64,000 bases of DNA from an uncultured Clostridia bacterium. GTDB lineage: Bacteria; Bacillota; Clostridia; TANB77; CAG-508. Below the pieces are notes generated by a model that saw only the letters and a program-made list of their open reading frames with translations, searched no databases and was not told where the DNA came from. Made by a program: the position numbers and the translations under genes. The first letter of the stretch is position 1. Each line of letters starts with the position of its first letter. Where the stretch lies: NCBI GenBank assembly GCA_944393385.1, contig CALYAA010000003.1:29363-93362 (forward strand), written 5' to 3'. Positions 9,736-20,236 of this stretch are shown in pieces.

Positions 9736-10018
9736 CTTTATTCATACCTCATATAATATGTTTATAATTTGAGAACAAATCTTTATAAACATATTCTTTC
9801 TTTATATTTTTAATTATAATAACTTATCAATTTTTATATAATGTGAAAGAATATTTTTCTTATTATATAAACTTTTAAGTTATCACAAAATTTTAACTTT
9901 TTCTTATTTTTGCATTTTTTTCAAAAAATTATACAATTATTTATTTTTTTATGGTAAAATAAAAAAAATTAGAAGTAACATCTCATAGAAATAAATTAAA
10001 ATAAACCACTTAATAACA

Positions 10019-11176
10019 ATGATACGGAAAGGAATTGAATTTATTATGAAAGTAATTATTTTTTATGCGAAATATGGTGGTGGTCATTTATCTGCTGCAC
10101 GTTCTATTGAATCTTGTATTCATGAAAATTTTAAAAATATTGATGTTGAATTAATTGATTTTATGGAATATGCTAGTAAAGAATTTAATAAAATAACAAC
10201 AAAAGCTTATTCTGAAATGGCAAAAAAAGCACCAAAAACATGGGGACATTTATATTGGAAATCTCAAAAAGGTCCTCTTGCACATATAAGTACTACTTCA
10301 AACAAAATATTATCTATAAAATTGAAAAAACTTTTAAATATAAAAAAACCCGATTTAATTATATCAACTCATCCATTTTCAAGCCAAATATGTGGTTATT
10401 TAAAAAAGCATAATAAATTACAATCAAAAATAGCAACTATTATAACTGATTTCGCTTCACATGATCAATGGTTGGTTTATAATGAGTATATTGATTATTT
10501 TTTTGTTGCTTGTAAAGAAATGGAACAAGAACTTTATGAAAAAGGCATTTCAAGAAGTAAAATTTTTGTTACAGGAATCCCTATCTCTAGCAAATTTATG
10601 AAAGATTATGATAAGAAAAATATTTTAAAAGAATTTAACTTAAGGCAAGATAAAAAAATTGTATTATTTTTTGGTGGAGGTGAATTTGGGCTAGGAAAAA
10701 ATTTTACTTTACAAGTTTTTCATGCATTTGTAGAACATTCTAATGATATTCAAATTATTGCCATTTCTGGGAAAAATCAAAAATTAAAAACAGCTTTTCA
10801 AAATATAGTTCTAGAAAAACATACAGAAGAAAATATTCAGATTTTTGAATATACTAATAAAGTACCTGAATTAATGAGTATTTCAACCCTAGTAGTAACA
10901 AAACCTGGAGGCTTAACTTCATCTGAAAGTCTTGCTTCTGGTCTACCTATTGTAATTATTAATCCTATCCCTGGTCAGGAAGAAGAAAATGCAGAATATT
11001 TAGTAAAAAATAATTCCGCAATTTGGATAAAAAAAGATGATAATATAAGTAATGTAGTAAATAATCTTTTATCAAATCCTGTACAATTACAAGAAATGAA
11101 AAAAAATGCTCTACTTATTGCAAAACCTAATTCCACATATAATATTTGTAAAATTTTGCTTAAAAAAAATAACTAA
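10019..11176 (+). CDS. Glycosyltransferase of the MGDG-synthase/UgtP family (diacylglycerol glycosyltransferase)
   Basis: The N-terminus is KVIIFYAKYGGGHLSAARSIE. The GT-B C-terminal region is TKPGGLTSSESLASGLPIVIINPIPGQEEENAEYL. The start may be ATG 10046. Confidence 0.75.
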   Translation: MIRKGIEFIMKVIIFYAKYGGGHLSAARSIESCIHENFKNIDVELIDFMEYASKEFNKITTKAYSEMAKKAPKTWGHLYWKSQKGPLAHISTTSNKILSIKLKKLLNIKKPDLIISTHPFSSQICGYLKKHNKLQSKIATIITDFASHDQWLVYNEYIDYFFVACKEMEQELYEKGISRSKIFVTGIPISSKFMKDYDKKNILKEFNLRQDKKIVLFFGGGEFGLGKNFTLQVFHAFVEHSNDIQIIAISGKNQKLKTAFQNIVLEKHTEENIQIFEYTNKVPELMSISTLVVTKPGGLTSSESLASGLPIVIINPIPGQEEENAEYLVKNNSAIWIKKDDNISNVVNNLLSNPVQLQEMKKNALLIAKPNSTYNICKILLKKNN

Positions 11177-11308
11177 GAAAAAACTTTAAATCATTTTAAT
11201 TTGTTCTTGCCAGATTCGAGTTTTCTACTACAATAAGAAAATCTCAAATTATTAGCAATTGTATCTTTTTATATAATAGGGAAACATAACTTTTCTATTA
11301 TCTAAAAT

Positions 11309-11350
11309 AAAACTCAATTATCATGCAAAAAAGCTTAATAATTGAGTTTT
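11309..11350. terminator. Bidirectional terminator between the convergent glycosyltransferase and recR genes
   Basis: The 13-bp stem is aaaactcaattat / ataattgagtttt, with A/T runs on both sides. Confidence 0.55.
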
Positions 11351-11358
11351 ATTTTAAT

Positions 11359-11958
11359 TTATATTTCTCTTCTTCCTTCTAAAGCCTTAGTAAGTGTTAT
11401 TTCATCTGTATATTCTAAATCTCCTCCTACTGGAATTCCATGTGCAATTCTTGTAACTTTAACACCTAAAGGTTTTATTAATTTTGATAAATACATCGCT
11501 GTTGCTTCTCCTTCAACTCTAGGGTTAGTTGCCAGTATAACTTCTTTAACTTGTCCATCCATTAATCTAGCTAATAATTCTTTTATTTTAATATCATCTG
11601 GGCCAATTCCATTCATTGGAGAAATAGAACCATGTAATACATGGTATACCCCTTTAAATTCATGTGTTTTTTCCATTGCAACAATATCTCTAACATCTTC
11701 AACTACACAAATTTGAGATTGGTCTCTTTTTGGATTTCCGCATATTGGACATGGATCTGTATCTGAAATGTTCCAACATTTACTACAATATTTTAGATTC
11801 TTTTTTGCATTTATAATTGAATTAACAAATTCGTCTGTCTCTTCTTGTGATGCATTTAATATATAAAAAGCAAGTCTTGCTGCTGTTTTATTTCCTATAC
11901 TAGGAAGTTTTTCAAAACTTTCTATCAGTTTTTCTATTGATGGTGAATATAATGACAT
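11359..11958 (-). CDS. recR: Recombination protein RecR
   Basis: It has the zinc-finger [22 protein letters not shown] and a Toprim region ([16 protein letters not shown]...[14 protein letters not shown]). Confidence 0.95.
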   Translation of the reverse strand: MSLYSPSIEKLIESFEKLPSIGNKTAARLAFYILNASQEETDEFVNSIINAKKNLKYCSKCWNISDTDPCPICGNPKRDQSQICVVEDVRDIVAMEKTHEFKGVYHVLHGSISPMNGIGPDDIKIKELLARLMDGQVKEVILATNPRVEGEATAMYLSKLIKPLGVKVTRIAHGIPVGGDLEYTDEITLTKALEGRREI

Positions 11959-12085
11959 TTCTTCCGCTCCCTTATTTATACATATTTAATTTTATTAATA
12001 GTTTTTTAAAGAATATTATTAAAATTCAAGTTATGTTTTATCAAAAATTTTAATAATGAACTTTAAGGGATATCCCTAAAGTTCA

Positions 12086-12430
12086 TTACATTATTCCTGG
12101 TATATTAAATTTTCCCATTGATGCTGATTGTGCATCATCAACTTGTTTAAAAGCTTGATTTATACATGTAACAATCAAATCTTGTAACATTTCTACATCA
12201 TCTGGGTCTACAACTTCTTTTTGAATATTTAAATTCAATATTTGTTTTTGACCATTAACTTTTACACTTACTGCATTTCCTCCTGCTGAAGCCTCAAATT
12301 CTTTTACAGCTAATTCTTGTTGTGATTTTTCTAAGTCTGCTTGCATTTTTTTTGCTTCTTTCATTAAACTATTAATGTTCATTCCTCCAAATCCTCCCAT
12401 TCCTCCTGGGAATCCACCTCTTTTTGACAT
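12086..12430 (-). CDS. ybaB: Nucleoid-associated protein YbaB/EbfC
   Basis: The sequence MSKRGGFPGGMGGFGGMNINSLMKEAKKMQADLEKSQQEL... is typical of YbaB. ATG 12430 has an AGGAGG SD. The ORF-track 5' extension overlaps the dnaX 3' end and is unlikely to be real. Confidence 0.9.
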   Translation of the reverse strand: MSKRGGFPGGMGGFGGMNINSLMKEAKKMQADLEKSQQELAVKEFEASAGGNAVSVKVNGQKQILNLNIQKEVVDPDDVEMLQDLIVTCINQAFKQVDDAQSASMGKFNIPGIM

Positions 12431-12458
12431 ATTATAAAATCCTCCTTTTTTTATTTTT

Positions 12459-14060
12459 TTATTCAACAACATCAAATGGAATATCATATCCATTTGCAAA
12501 ATTAGATAGTTCTTGTTCTTCATTGGTTTCTTGCTCTTTTGGTTTTGTGTCTATATATTGTATATGCATTTCTTTACCATATGCTATTGAAATTTGCTTA
12601 ACCAGTTCTTGTTTATTTTCTGGTTTTTCTAGAACAGTTTTTCCAAAAGAAGTAATTCCTCCTGGAAACTGAATTCCTATTGTCATATCATTTATTTCTA
12701 CGGCATTAGTATTTATCAAATTTGTATATAAAACAATTTTTCCATCTTGTTTTAAATGATTAACAATATCTTTCCAATTATGTGATTGTTTACTATTATC
12801 TGTTTTTATTGTATTCGTTATTTGTTTACTTTCGGTTGTTTTATTTGCAAAATTTGTTTGTACTCTTGTTTTCCCACTAGTATTTCTTAAATAATTTTCT
12901 ATTTTATCAGGCCTTGTATAAATATCTTGATTTAAATTTCCACTATTAAATTTATTTTCTCCCTCATCAGGATTATTATTATTTTCATTATCACATAATT
13001 TTATAATTCCAGCTTCAAAAACTATTGTTCTTTGTGTTGATGCTTTCATTTTAGTATCTAATAAAGATAATTCTGATATAAGTCTTATTGCTTTAGATTT
13101 TGTTGTTTTTTCAGCTAATTCTTTTAATCTAGAAAAATCATTTTCATTATAAATCGTTAACCTTTGATTTGTTTTTACCATTAAAATATCTTTAATATAT
13201 TTAATCATTTCCCAAAGTAAATTACTAATATCTTTTCCATCATCCAAAATTGCTGTAATTACTTCCATTGCTTTATCAATATTATATTCAACAATTGCTT
13301 GAACAATACCATTAACAAATTCTAATTTAGGAATTCCTACAAGTTCTTTTATTTTTTCCTCATCAATTTGATTTACTCCATCTTGAGTACATCTTTCTAA
13401 TATTGATAAAGCATCTCTCATAGCTCCTTCTGATAATTCTGCAATAATATTTAGAGCTTGTTTAGTTGCTTTTACATCAGATTCATTGCATACTTGTTCA
13501 AGCCTTTTTATAATATCTTCATTAGATATTCTTTTAAAATCAAATCTTTGGCATCTAGATAAAATAGTTGCAGGTAATTTTTGTGGCTCTGTTGTAGCTA
13601 AAATAAATTTTACATGTTCTGGTGGTTCTTCAAGTGTTTTTAATAAAGCATTAAATGCACCTTGTGACAACATATGTACTTCATCGATTATATAAACTCT
13701 GTATTTTGCTTTTGTTGGTAAGAAATTTACTTCCTCTCTAATAGAACGTATATCTTCAACACTATTATTTGAGGCTGCATCCATTTCTACAATATCTGTT
13801 AATGAACCTGAAAGTGCAGCTTTACATATTTCACATTCATTACAAGGCTCTCCATCTTTTGGGTTTAAGCAATTTATAGCCCTAGCTAAAACTTTTGCTG
13901 AAGTAGTTTTTCCTGTTCCCCTAACTCCATTAAATAAATATGCATGTCCTACTCTATTTGCTATAATTTGATTCTTTAAAGTTCTTGTTATATGTTCTTG
14001 ACCTACCATTTCAGAAAATGTTTGTGGTCTAAACTTTCTATAAAGAGCTGTGTACCCCAT
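12459..14060 (-). CDS. dnaX: DNA polymerase III subunit gamma/tau
   Basis: The protein begins MGYTALYRKFRPQTFSEMVGQEH. Walker A is GVRGTGKTTSAK, the zinc module is CLNPKDGEPCNECEIC, and the DEVHML box is present. The ORF-track extension to 14126 overlaps the SRP RNA. Confidence 0.95.
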   Translation of the reverse strand: MGYTALYRKFRPQTFSEMVGQEHITRTLKNQIIANRVGHAYLFNGVRGTGKTTSAKVLARAINCLNPKDGEPCNECEICKAALSGSLTDIVEMDAASNNSVEDIRSIREEVNFLPTKAKYRVYIIDEVHMLSQGAFNALLKTLEEPPEHVKFILATTEPQKLPATILSRCQRFDFKRISNEDIIKRLEQVCNESDVKATKQALNIIAELSEGAMRDALSILERCTQDGVNQIDEEKIKELVGIPKLEFVNGIVQAIVEYNIDKAMEVITAILDDGKDISNLLWEMIKYIKDILMVKTNQRLTIYNENDFSRLKELAEKTTKSKAIRLISELSLLDTKMKASTQRTIVFEAGIIKLCDNENNNNPDEGENKFNSGNLNQDIYTRPDKIENYLRNTSGKTRVQTNFANKTTESKQITNTIKTDNSKQSHNWKDIVNHLKQDGKIVLYTNLINTNAVEINDMTIGIQFPGGITSFGKTVLEKPENKQELVKQISIAYGKEMHIQYIDTKPKEQETNEEQELSNFANGYDIPFDVVE

Positions 14061-14099
14061 ATTATCACATCCTTTATAATAAATAATGGTGTGATTTCT

Positions 14100-14212
14100 A
14101 ATCTCTCTATGGAAAGCAACTCTCACATAAAAGTATCTACTTATTGCTGCTTCCTCCCGGACCTGACAAGATTCATAGGCTCCTATTGAGTTTGCTTTCC
14201 ATACAGAGGTTA
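14100..14212 (-). ncRNA. ffs: Signal recognition particle RNA (small 4.5S-type; ends approximate)
   Basis: The minus strand contains the conserved domain IV motif GUCAGGUCCGGGAGGAAGCAGC. A closing helix pairs CUCUGUAUGGAAAGCAAACUC with GAGUUGCUUUCCAUAGAGAG. Its position upstream of dnaX matches the Bacillus tadA-scr-dnaX-yaaK-recR synteny. Confidence 0.8.
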
Positions 14213-14273
14213 GTTATCATACCATCTATATTATATACTGCATTATTCATTTTTGCAAGTAAATTTTAAATAT

Positions 14274-15020
14274 TTAATTATCAATTCTTTTAAATACCAA
14301 ATCACTTAAATCTGTTATTTCAATTCCATTTGTTCCTTTTTCTATAACATCTTTGGCTGGAATTTCTAATTGTATATTTGATTGATATTTTTTTCCAGTT
14401 GTTAAATTAATTATAATATCAAATGTAAGTGTTGTTTTTATATCATCTTCCATAATATTTGTTAATTGTAATAATTTGCTATAGTCAACTTCCTCACTCT
14501 CATTAAATATATAATTTGAAATATTGTTAATTCCAAATCTAAATGCAACAATTCCACCCTGGTTTGAAATTTTTTGCTCTTTAATATTAGACTCTAAGTC
14601 CCCTATATAAGATATTTGTGTAATCTCATTTTCTTCTAAATTTTTAAACATTGCTTTTTCGTCTACTACTGGTTTATAGAATTTAGCTTCTCCTTTTGTA
14701 TTGTTTTTATTAAAAGTTATATTATTAATATCTATACTTTCTATAATTTCTGTTTTATTATATTTAGAATTTTTTTCTAAATATATATATATATCATTAT
14801 TTTCTGATACTTGTAAATTCCATCTTTCTGGTTGATTTAAATTTTCTGTTCCATCTACACTTTGTGCTATAATAATTTTAGTAATATTAAATGGTAAATT
14901 TGATTCTCCTTTTACTTGATACCTTAAAATATATAATCCAATTGCACTTAAAACCACAAAAAATATTACAATAAGTATAATTACATGAATTATTTTTTTC
15001 TTTGTACTTTTATTATACAT
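14274..15020 (-). CDS. Hypothetical bitopic membrane protein (248 aa)
   Basis: It has an N-terminal TM segment (IIHVIILIVIFFVVLSAIGLYIL). Its start overlaps the reconstructed tadA stop (ATGTATAA). I recognise no motif. Confidence 0.6.
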   Translation of the reverse strand: MYNKSTKKKIIHVIILIVIFFVVLSAIGLYILRYQVKGESNLPFNITKIIIAQSVDGTENLNQPERWNLQVSENNDIYIYLEKNSKYNKTEIIESIDINNITFNKNNTKGEAKFYKPVVDEKAMFKNLEENEITQISYIGDLESNIKEQKISNQGGIVAFRFGINNISNYIFNESEEVDYSKLLQLTNIMEDDIKTTLTFDIIINLTTGKKYQSNIQLEIPAKDVIEKGTNGIEITDLSDLVFKRIDN

Positions 15021-15472
15021 TTTTATTCTTTCTTAACTCCTTAAAAAATTGTTTTAATATATTTCTACATTCATTTTGCATAATTCCTACTTCAACTTCT
15101 ACTTTATGATTAAAAGTAAAATCTTTAAATAGATTTAAAACAGAACCAACAGCTCCTGTTTTTTCATCCATTGTTCCGAATATACACTTTTTTTATTCTA
15201 GAATTAATGATTGCTCCTGCACACATTGCACATGGCTCTAATGTAACATACATTTCACAATTTATTAATCTCCATGCAGTTAGCTTTTTACTTGCTTTTT
15301 GAATTGCAATCATTTCTGCATGTTTTGTAGTATCTGTTTTTGTTTCTTTTTGATTATATCCTCTTGCTATTATTTTTCCATCTTTTACTATTACGGCCCC
15401 TACAGGTACTTCTAATTTTTTATATGCCTTTTTTGCTTCTCTTAAAGCTTCTTTCATAAACTTTTCTTGCAT
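15013..15472 (-). CDS. tadA: tRNA-specific adenosine deaminase TadA, reading frame interrupted by a 1-nt frameshift
   Basis: The 5' ORF (15164-15472) carries HAEMIAI...LEPCAMCAGAIINSRIKKVY, then terminates. The adjacent frame continues with the expected C-terminus FGTMDEKTGAVGSVLNLFKDFTFNHKVEVEVGIMQNECRNILKQFFKELRKNKNV*. The shift lies at or next to an A7 run (15188-15194). Confidence 0.8.
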
Positions 15473-15539
15473 TCTTTCCTCACATATATTAGATTTTTTT
15501 ACTTTAGTCTTTCTGTTTATATAATAAATTTTTTAGAAA

Positions 15540-15615
<76 letters not shown>

Positions 15616-15785
15616 AAATTTATCAAAAATATTATAATATATCAAAAAGAAAAAATCAAGCTTTATTAGTAAGTTCTCCTCTTGACATATATGTTATAAT
15701 ACTTATGAGATTTAATAAAGAGAGATTTTTGTTTAAAAGAAATTCTCTATTTATTGTGTGTACCTTTTAGTAAATCAAGAAAGGA

Positions 15786-16523
15786 ATGAATTTTTTTATG
15801 CAACATATATTAAGTAAAATGAGAAAAGCAATTGAGGAATATAATATGATAAATGATGGAGATAAAATCGCAGTTTGTTTATCTGGTGGAAAGGACTCTA
15901 TAACTATGCTAAATGGTTTAAAGGCTTTACAGCGTTTCTATCCCAAACACTTTGAATTAATTGCAATTACTATTAATCCTGGTTTTGCAAATTTTGATAC
16001 AAACATTATTCAAAAAAACTGTGATGATATAAATGTTCCATTATTTTTAGAAAACAGTCATATTAAAGAAATTGTTTTTGATATTAGAAAAGAAAAAAAT
16101 CCATGTTCTTTATGTGCAAATTTACGTAGAGGTATAATAAATACTATTGCAATTAAAGAGGGCTGTAATAAAATTGCACTTGGACACAACATGGATGATG
16201 TAATAGAAACTTTTTTACTAAATTTAAAATATACGGGTAATATTTCAACATTTTCTCCAAAAAGTTATATGGATAGAAGTAAAATTACATTAATTAGACC
16301 TCTTATTTTTTTAACAGAAAAAGATACAAATCGTTTTGTAAAAAAATATAATAAATCTGTTCTCCCTAAAGTATGTCCAATGGATGAGAACACAAAAAGA
16401 GAACAAATAAAAGAGGAAATTTACAATTGGCAGAAAGATATACCTACAATTAAGGCAAATTTATTTGGAGCAATTTCTAGAAATCTTACTGATTGGAAAA
16501 AAGCAAAAGAAGCAGAATTATAA
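15786..16523 (+). CDS. PP-loop ATPase, TtcA-like tRNA 2-thiocytidine biosynthesis protein
   Basis: The PP-loop is VCLSGGKDS. Cys motifs CSLCANLRRG and VCPMD are present. Length is about 245 aa. Confidence 0.7.
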   Translation: MNFFMQHILSKMRKAIEEYNMINDGDKIAVCLSGGKDSITMLNGLKALQRFYPKHFELIAITINPGFANFDTNIIQKNCDDINVPLFLENSHIKEIVFDIRKEKNPCSLCANLRRGIINTIAIKEGCNKIALGHNMDDVIETFLLNLKYTGNISTFSPKSYMDRSKITLIRPLIFLTEKDTNRFVKKYNKSVLPKVCPMDENTKREQIKEEIYNWQKDIPTIKANLFGAISRNLTDWKKAKEAEL

Positions 16524-16597
16524 ACCTCCGCTTCTTTTTTAATTATATATATTTTTTTTATTTCATAAAATTTTGTATTCTTAAGTAATTGAAGTTC

Positions 16598-18328
16598 TTA
16601 TGCATTTCTAACTAATGTATCCATTGCTGTCTTCAATTTACTTAATTTATCTATTGCATCTTCTTCATTTTTACCCTTTACACCCATGTAAAGTTTAATT
16701 TTTGGCTCTGTTCCAGATGGTCTAACACAGCACCAAGCATTATTTTCTAATTCATAATATAATACATTTGATTTTGGTAAATTAGCTTTACCTTCTTCTC
16801 CAGTAACCATATTTTTTACATAATCTCTACTAATATCTTTAAATGTAATTACTTTATAATCACCAATTTGAGTTATATCTTTATTTCTCATATTTGTCAT
16901 CATAGATTTTATTTCTTCAGCACCATCTGCACCTTCTAATACAATTGAAATTTGGTCTTCTTTGTAATATCCATATTTTTCATAGATTTTCAACATTTGA
17001 TCCCATAATGTCATTCCCTTAGATTTATAATATGCTGCTGCCTCGCATAAAGACATTACTGCAGAAATTCCATCTTTATCTCTTGCATAATCACCTATTA
17101 AACAACCATAGCTTTCTTCAAATCCAAATACATATGTTTTGTCTTTGTTCTCTTCTGCTTTTTTTATTACGGCTCCAATGTTTTTAAATCCTGTTAAAAC
17201 TTCTATACATTCTAAGCCATAATTTGTTGCAATTGCTTTTGCTAAATCTGATGAAACTATTGTTGTAATAAGCATTCCATTTTTAGGTAATAATCCTTGT
17301 TCCTTCATTTGAGAAATTCGATATTCTGCAATCAATAAAGCTGACATATTTCCTGTATAAGTCATATATTCTCCTGTTTTTGAATCCTTTGCATAAATCC
17401 CTAATCTATCTGCATCAGGGTCTGTTGCAAGTACTACATCAGCATCTACCTTTTTTGCTAATTCTAATGCTAATTTAAATGCTTTTTTATCTTCAGGGTT
17501 AGGGTAATCTACTGTTGGAAAGTTTCCATCTGGTTTTTCTTGTTCTGGTACAACATATACATTTTCAAATCCTAGTTCTTTTAGAAGTCTTGATGCAACA
17601 GTATTTCCTGTCCCATGTAAAGGTGTATAGACTATTTTTAGCTTTTTACCCTCTTTTTTTACAATTTCAGGATTTAATACAAGTTTTTTTAAGGTATCTA
17701 TATATTTGTCATCTATCTCTTTTCCAATAATATTAAATAATCCTTTTCTAATTGCTTCTTCTTTACTTATAGTTTTTATTTCTTTAAAGTCTCTTATTTC
17801 CCTAACTTTTTCAATAATTTCTTTATCTCTTGGTTCAACAATTTGTGAACCGTCATCCCAGTATACCTTATATCCGTTATATTTTGGTGGATTATGACTT
17901 GCAGTTATCATTATTCCAGCAGTGCAATTTAGTTCTCTTACTGCAAATGATAATTCTGGAACAGGTCTTAATTTTTCAAATAGATATGTTTTTATTCCAT
18001 TAGCATTTAAAATTAAAGCTGTTTGTAAACTAAATTCATCAGACATTTTTCTTGAATCATAGCTTATAGCAACTCCTTTATCTTGAGTTCCCTGTTCTAA
18101 TATGTAATTTGCTAAACCTTGTGTTGCTTTTCCTACTGTATATTTGTTCATTCTGTTAGTTCCCATACCTATTACACCACGTAGTCCTGCTGTACCAAAT
18201 TCAAGCTCTTTATAAAATCTATCCTCAATTTCTTCATTATTTCCTCTAATTTCTAATAATTCTTTTTTAGTTTCTTCATCAAATGCAGGATCTGTACACC
18301 ATTTTTCATACTCTTCTAAATAATTCAT
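16598..18328 (-). CDS. Phosphoglucomutase/phosphomannomutase family protein (PgcA-like)
   Basis: The active-site loop is ITASHNPPKYNGYK. The metal site is ATDPDADRLG and the sugar-binding motif is GFEESYG. Confidence 0.9.
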   Translation of the reverse strand: MNYLEEYEKWCTDPAFDEETKKELLEIRGNNEEIEDRFYKELEFGTAGLRGVIGMGTNRMNKYTVGKATQGLANYILEQGTQDKGVAISYDSRKMSDEFSLQTALILNANGIKTYLFEKLRPVPELSFAVRELNCTAGIMITASHNPPKYNGYKVYWDDGSQIVEPRDKEIIEKVREIRDFKEIKTISKEEAIRKGLFNIIGKEIDDKYIDTLKKLVLNPEIVKKEGKKLKIVYTPLHGTGNTVASRLLKELGFENVYVVPEQEKPDGNFPTVDYPNPEDKKAFKLALELAKKVDADVVLATDPDADRLGIYAKDSKTGEYMTYTGNMSALLIAEYRISQMKEQGLLPKNGMLITTIVSSDLAKAIATNYGLECIEVLTGFKNIGAVIKKAEENKDKTYVFGFEESYGCLIGDYARDKDGISAVMSLCEAAAYYKSKGMTLWDQMLKIYEKYGYYKEDQISIVLEGADGAEEIKSMMTNMRNKDITQIGDYKVITFKDISRDYVKNMVTGEEGKANLPKSNVLYYELENNAWCCVRPSGTEPKIKLYMGVKGKNEEDAIDKLSKLKTAMDTLVRNA

Positions 18329-18425
18329 ATTTACTTCCTTTCTAGTTAGGAAAGAATAACTTTCCTATTATATTAAATAAAAATTAAATAGCTACTGACT
18401 TTCACCAGTAGCAATTTTATATACT

Positions 18426-19670
18426 TTATAATAAATGATTGAATTTTCTATATAGCTCTCTTGCTGTCTCAGGGCTATCTGTTCCTGTAGCATTTTTAAC
18501 AGGAGCAAATTCCTCTTCTCTTTTTACTCTCATAATTGCCATATCATCTAATTCTCCAAATGCATCAAACAAAAAGGCTTCAAATTTATATGCATTTGGT
18601 CCATCTGGTACTACTTTATTTCCATTTTTATCTATATATGTGGCTTTTTTAAATGCTGTATGATATGGTAATGGCTTACTTCCCATTCTTTCTATAGCAT
18701 CTATATTGAATAAATTACATAAAATATGTGATTCTCCATATACAAGTTCTCCATTACTATCTACTTGCTCTGCCATTTCTTTTGGAATCTCTGTGTATTC
18801 AATAACTGAAGGTCTACCATTCTTTTTACAGAAAACTCCTACCTTTTCTTGTGGATTTGCTTTAACAACAGATTTTCCTGCTGCTGTTACTTGTTTATCT
18901 ATTGAAATCCCCATTAATATTGGATCTACCATTTTTACTAAACAGTTATCTACCCCTCCAATAAATACCCATTCTGCACCTAATTCTCTCATTTTTTTAG
19001 TCATTCCATTTTTAACAAGAGCTTCATATATTCCACCATGTCCATTTGCTGCTTCTTTTATTAAACCATCTTCACCTATTAAAATTTTTCCTTCCATATC
19101 CATCATTGGTAATTCTTCTTGTTTAAAGAAAAATAAGTTTTTGTCTTTTTCATATCCAAAATTTCTGTTTTGGGCAAAAAATTCTATTGTTTCATCATTA
19201 TTCTCTCTACTTGTCATAATAAACCATGGAATTGTAACACCATATTTGCGTCCTTGTTCTTTTAAACCATCACTTAGTAATTCAAATAATGATTTGTGTG
19301 ACTCAAGTCCAATATCAAAAGTTCCTTTTGGTCCTTTATGTCCAAGTCTTGTTCCTTGTCCACCAGCCATTGTTACAGCAACTAATTTTCTGTTTTTAAT
19401 TGCCTCTGTTCCTATTGCTTGATATTTTTTATAATTATCATATAACTTTTCCTTATCTACATAGTTGATTGGTTTAATTGTAAAATCTTCTATTTTAGGT
19501 TCTTTTTTTGTATTTTCATATAAGCTTTTCATAAGATCAAAGTCAATATTTTTTATCTGTTGTATCAATTCTTTTTGGTTTTTTTCACTTAAATTGTCAA
19601 AACCATTTAATAGGTGTTCTTGAGAGTATTTTTTAAGAGTCCATTTGATTTCATCTAAATTTTCGTCCAT
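18426..19670 (-). CDS. UDPGP-family sugar-1-phosphate uridylyltransferase (UDP-N-acetylhexosamine pyrophosphorylase-like)
   Basis: The nucleotide-binding loop is MAGGQGTRLGHKGPKGTF. Other motifs are NGHGGIY and VDNCLVK. Confidence 0.8.
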   Translation of the reverse strand: MDENLDEIKWTLKKYSQEHLLNGFDNLSEKNQKELIQQIKNIDFDLMKSLYENTKKEPKIEDFTIKPINYVDKEKLYDNYKKYQAIGTEAIKNRKLVAVTMAGGQGTRLGHKGPKGTFDIGLESHKSLFELLSDGLKEQGRKYGVTIPWFIMTSRENNDETIEFFAQNRNFGYEKDKNLFFFKQEELPMMDMEGKILIGEDGLIKEAANGHGGIYEALVKNGMTKKMRELGAEWVFIGGVDNCLVKMVDPILMGISIDKQVTAAGKSVVKANPQEKVGVFCKKNGRPSVIEYTEIPKEMAEQVDSNGELVYGESHILCNLFNIDAIERMGSKPLPYHTAFKKATYIDKNGNKVVPDGPNAYKFEAFLFDAFGELDDMAIMRVKREEEFAPVKNATGTDSPETARELYRKFNHLL

Positions 19671-19798
19671 AGTATACTTCCTTTCCTAGTACATAAGAAT
19701 AATATATACTATTCTGTCGAAAATTTCAATAGTTTATTCAAATTTTTTCGTATATTCAAATTTTTTCGTATATTCTTTTGTTTTTTATAATTTCCTCA

Positions 19799-20236
19799 TT
19801 AAACATTAGTTATTCCCAATGTATTTAAATTTTTATCATGTGTTAATACTATTTTTTGTACATCTTTTTCAACTTCTTGAAGATTATAACAATCTATAAT
19901 TTTTAAATTTTCTACATCCATATCTATCAATTTATTTTTCTTTTGTTCAATAAAATTTTCTGTTCCTATTAATACAACATTGGAATTATTTTGAATTTCT
20001 TTAATCTCTGCTGAATCCCATTCTAAATTTAAAATATTATTTTTTATTTTATTATCTAAGTTTACTTTTGAAATAAGTTCTTTAATTGATTGATTTAAAT
20101 TTTTTTCACTTATAATAGTAACTGGTTCTTCTTCTTTAAGTTTTTGATTTAAATATGGTAATAATATCATTTCTAAATGAAAGTCACTAACATAAAAGTT
20201 ACATATTTTTTCTATATTTTTATTTTCAATAATCAT
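19799..20236 (-). CDS. Hypothetical protein (145 aa)
   Basis: It is an isolated ORF with its own intergenic flanks. I recognise no motif. Confidence 0.5.
   Translation of the reverse strand: MIIENKNIEKICNFYVSDFHLEMILLPYLNQKLKEEEPVTIISEKNLNQSIKELISKVNLDNKIKNNILNLEWDSAEIKEIQNNSNVVLIGTENFIEQKKNKLIDMDVENLKIIDCYNLQEVEKDVQKIVLTHDKNLNTLGITNV

Noticed and set aside
12431-12523. The N-terminal extension of the YbaB ORF (MKNKNYLILQMDMIFHLMLLNKKIKKGGFYN).
   Set aside because: It overlaps the dnaX C-terminus. A strong AGGAGG SD precedes the internal ATG at 12430, which yields the typical YbaB length of about 114 aa.
14061-14126. The N-terminal extension of dnaX in the ORF track (MRVAFHREIRNHTIIYYKGCDN).
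   Set aside because: This stretch forms the 3' strand of the SRP RNA closing helix. The canonical DnaX N-terminus MGYTALYRKFRPQTF starts at 14060.
18706-19422. A 238-aa plus-strand ORF.
   Set aside because: It lies entirely antisense to the well-supported UDPGP-family gene. It is Ser/Pro/Phe-rich low-complexity sequence with no SD.
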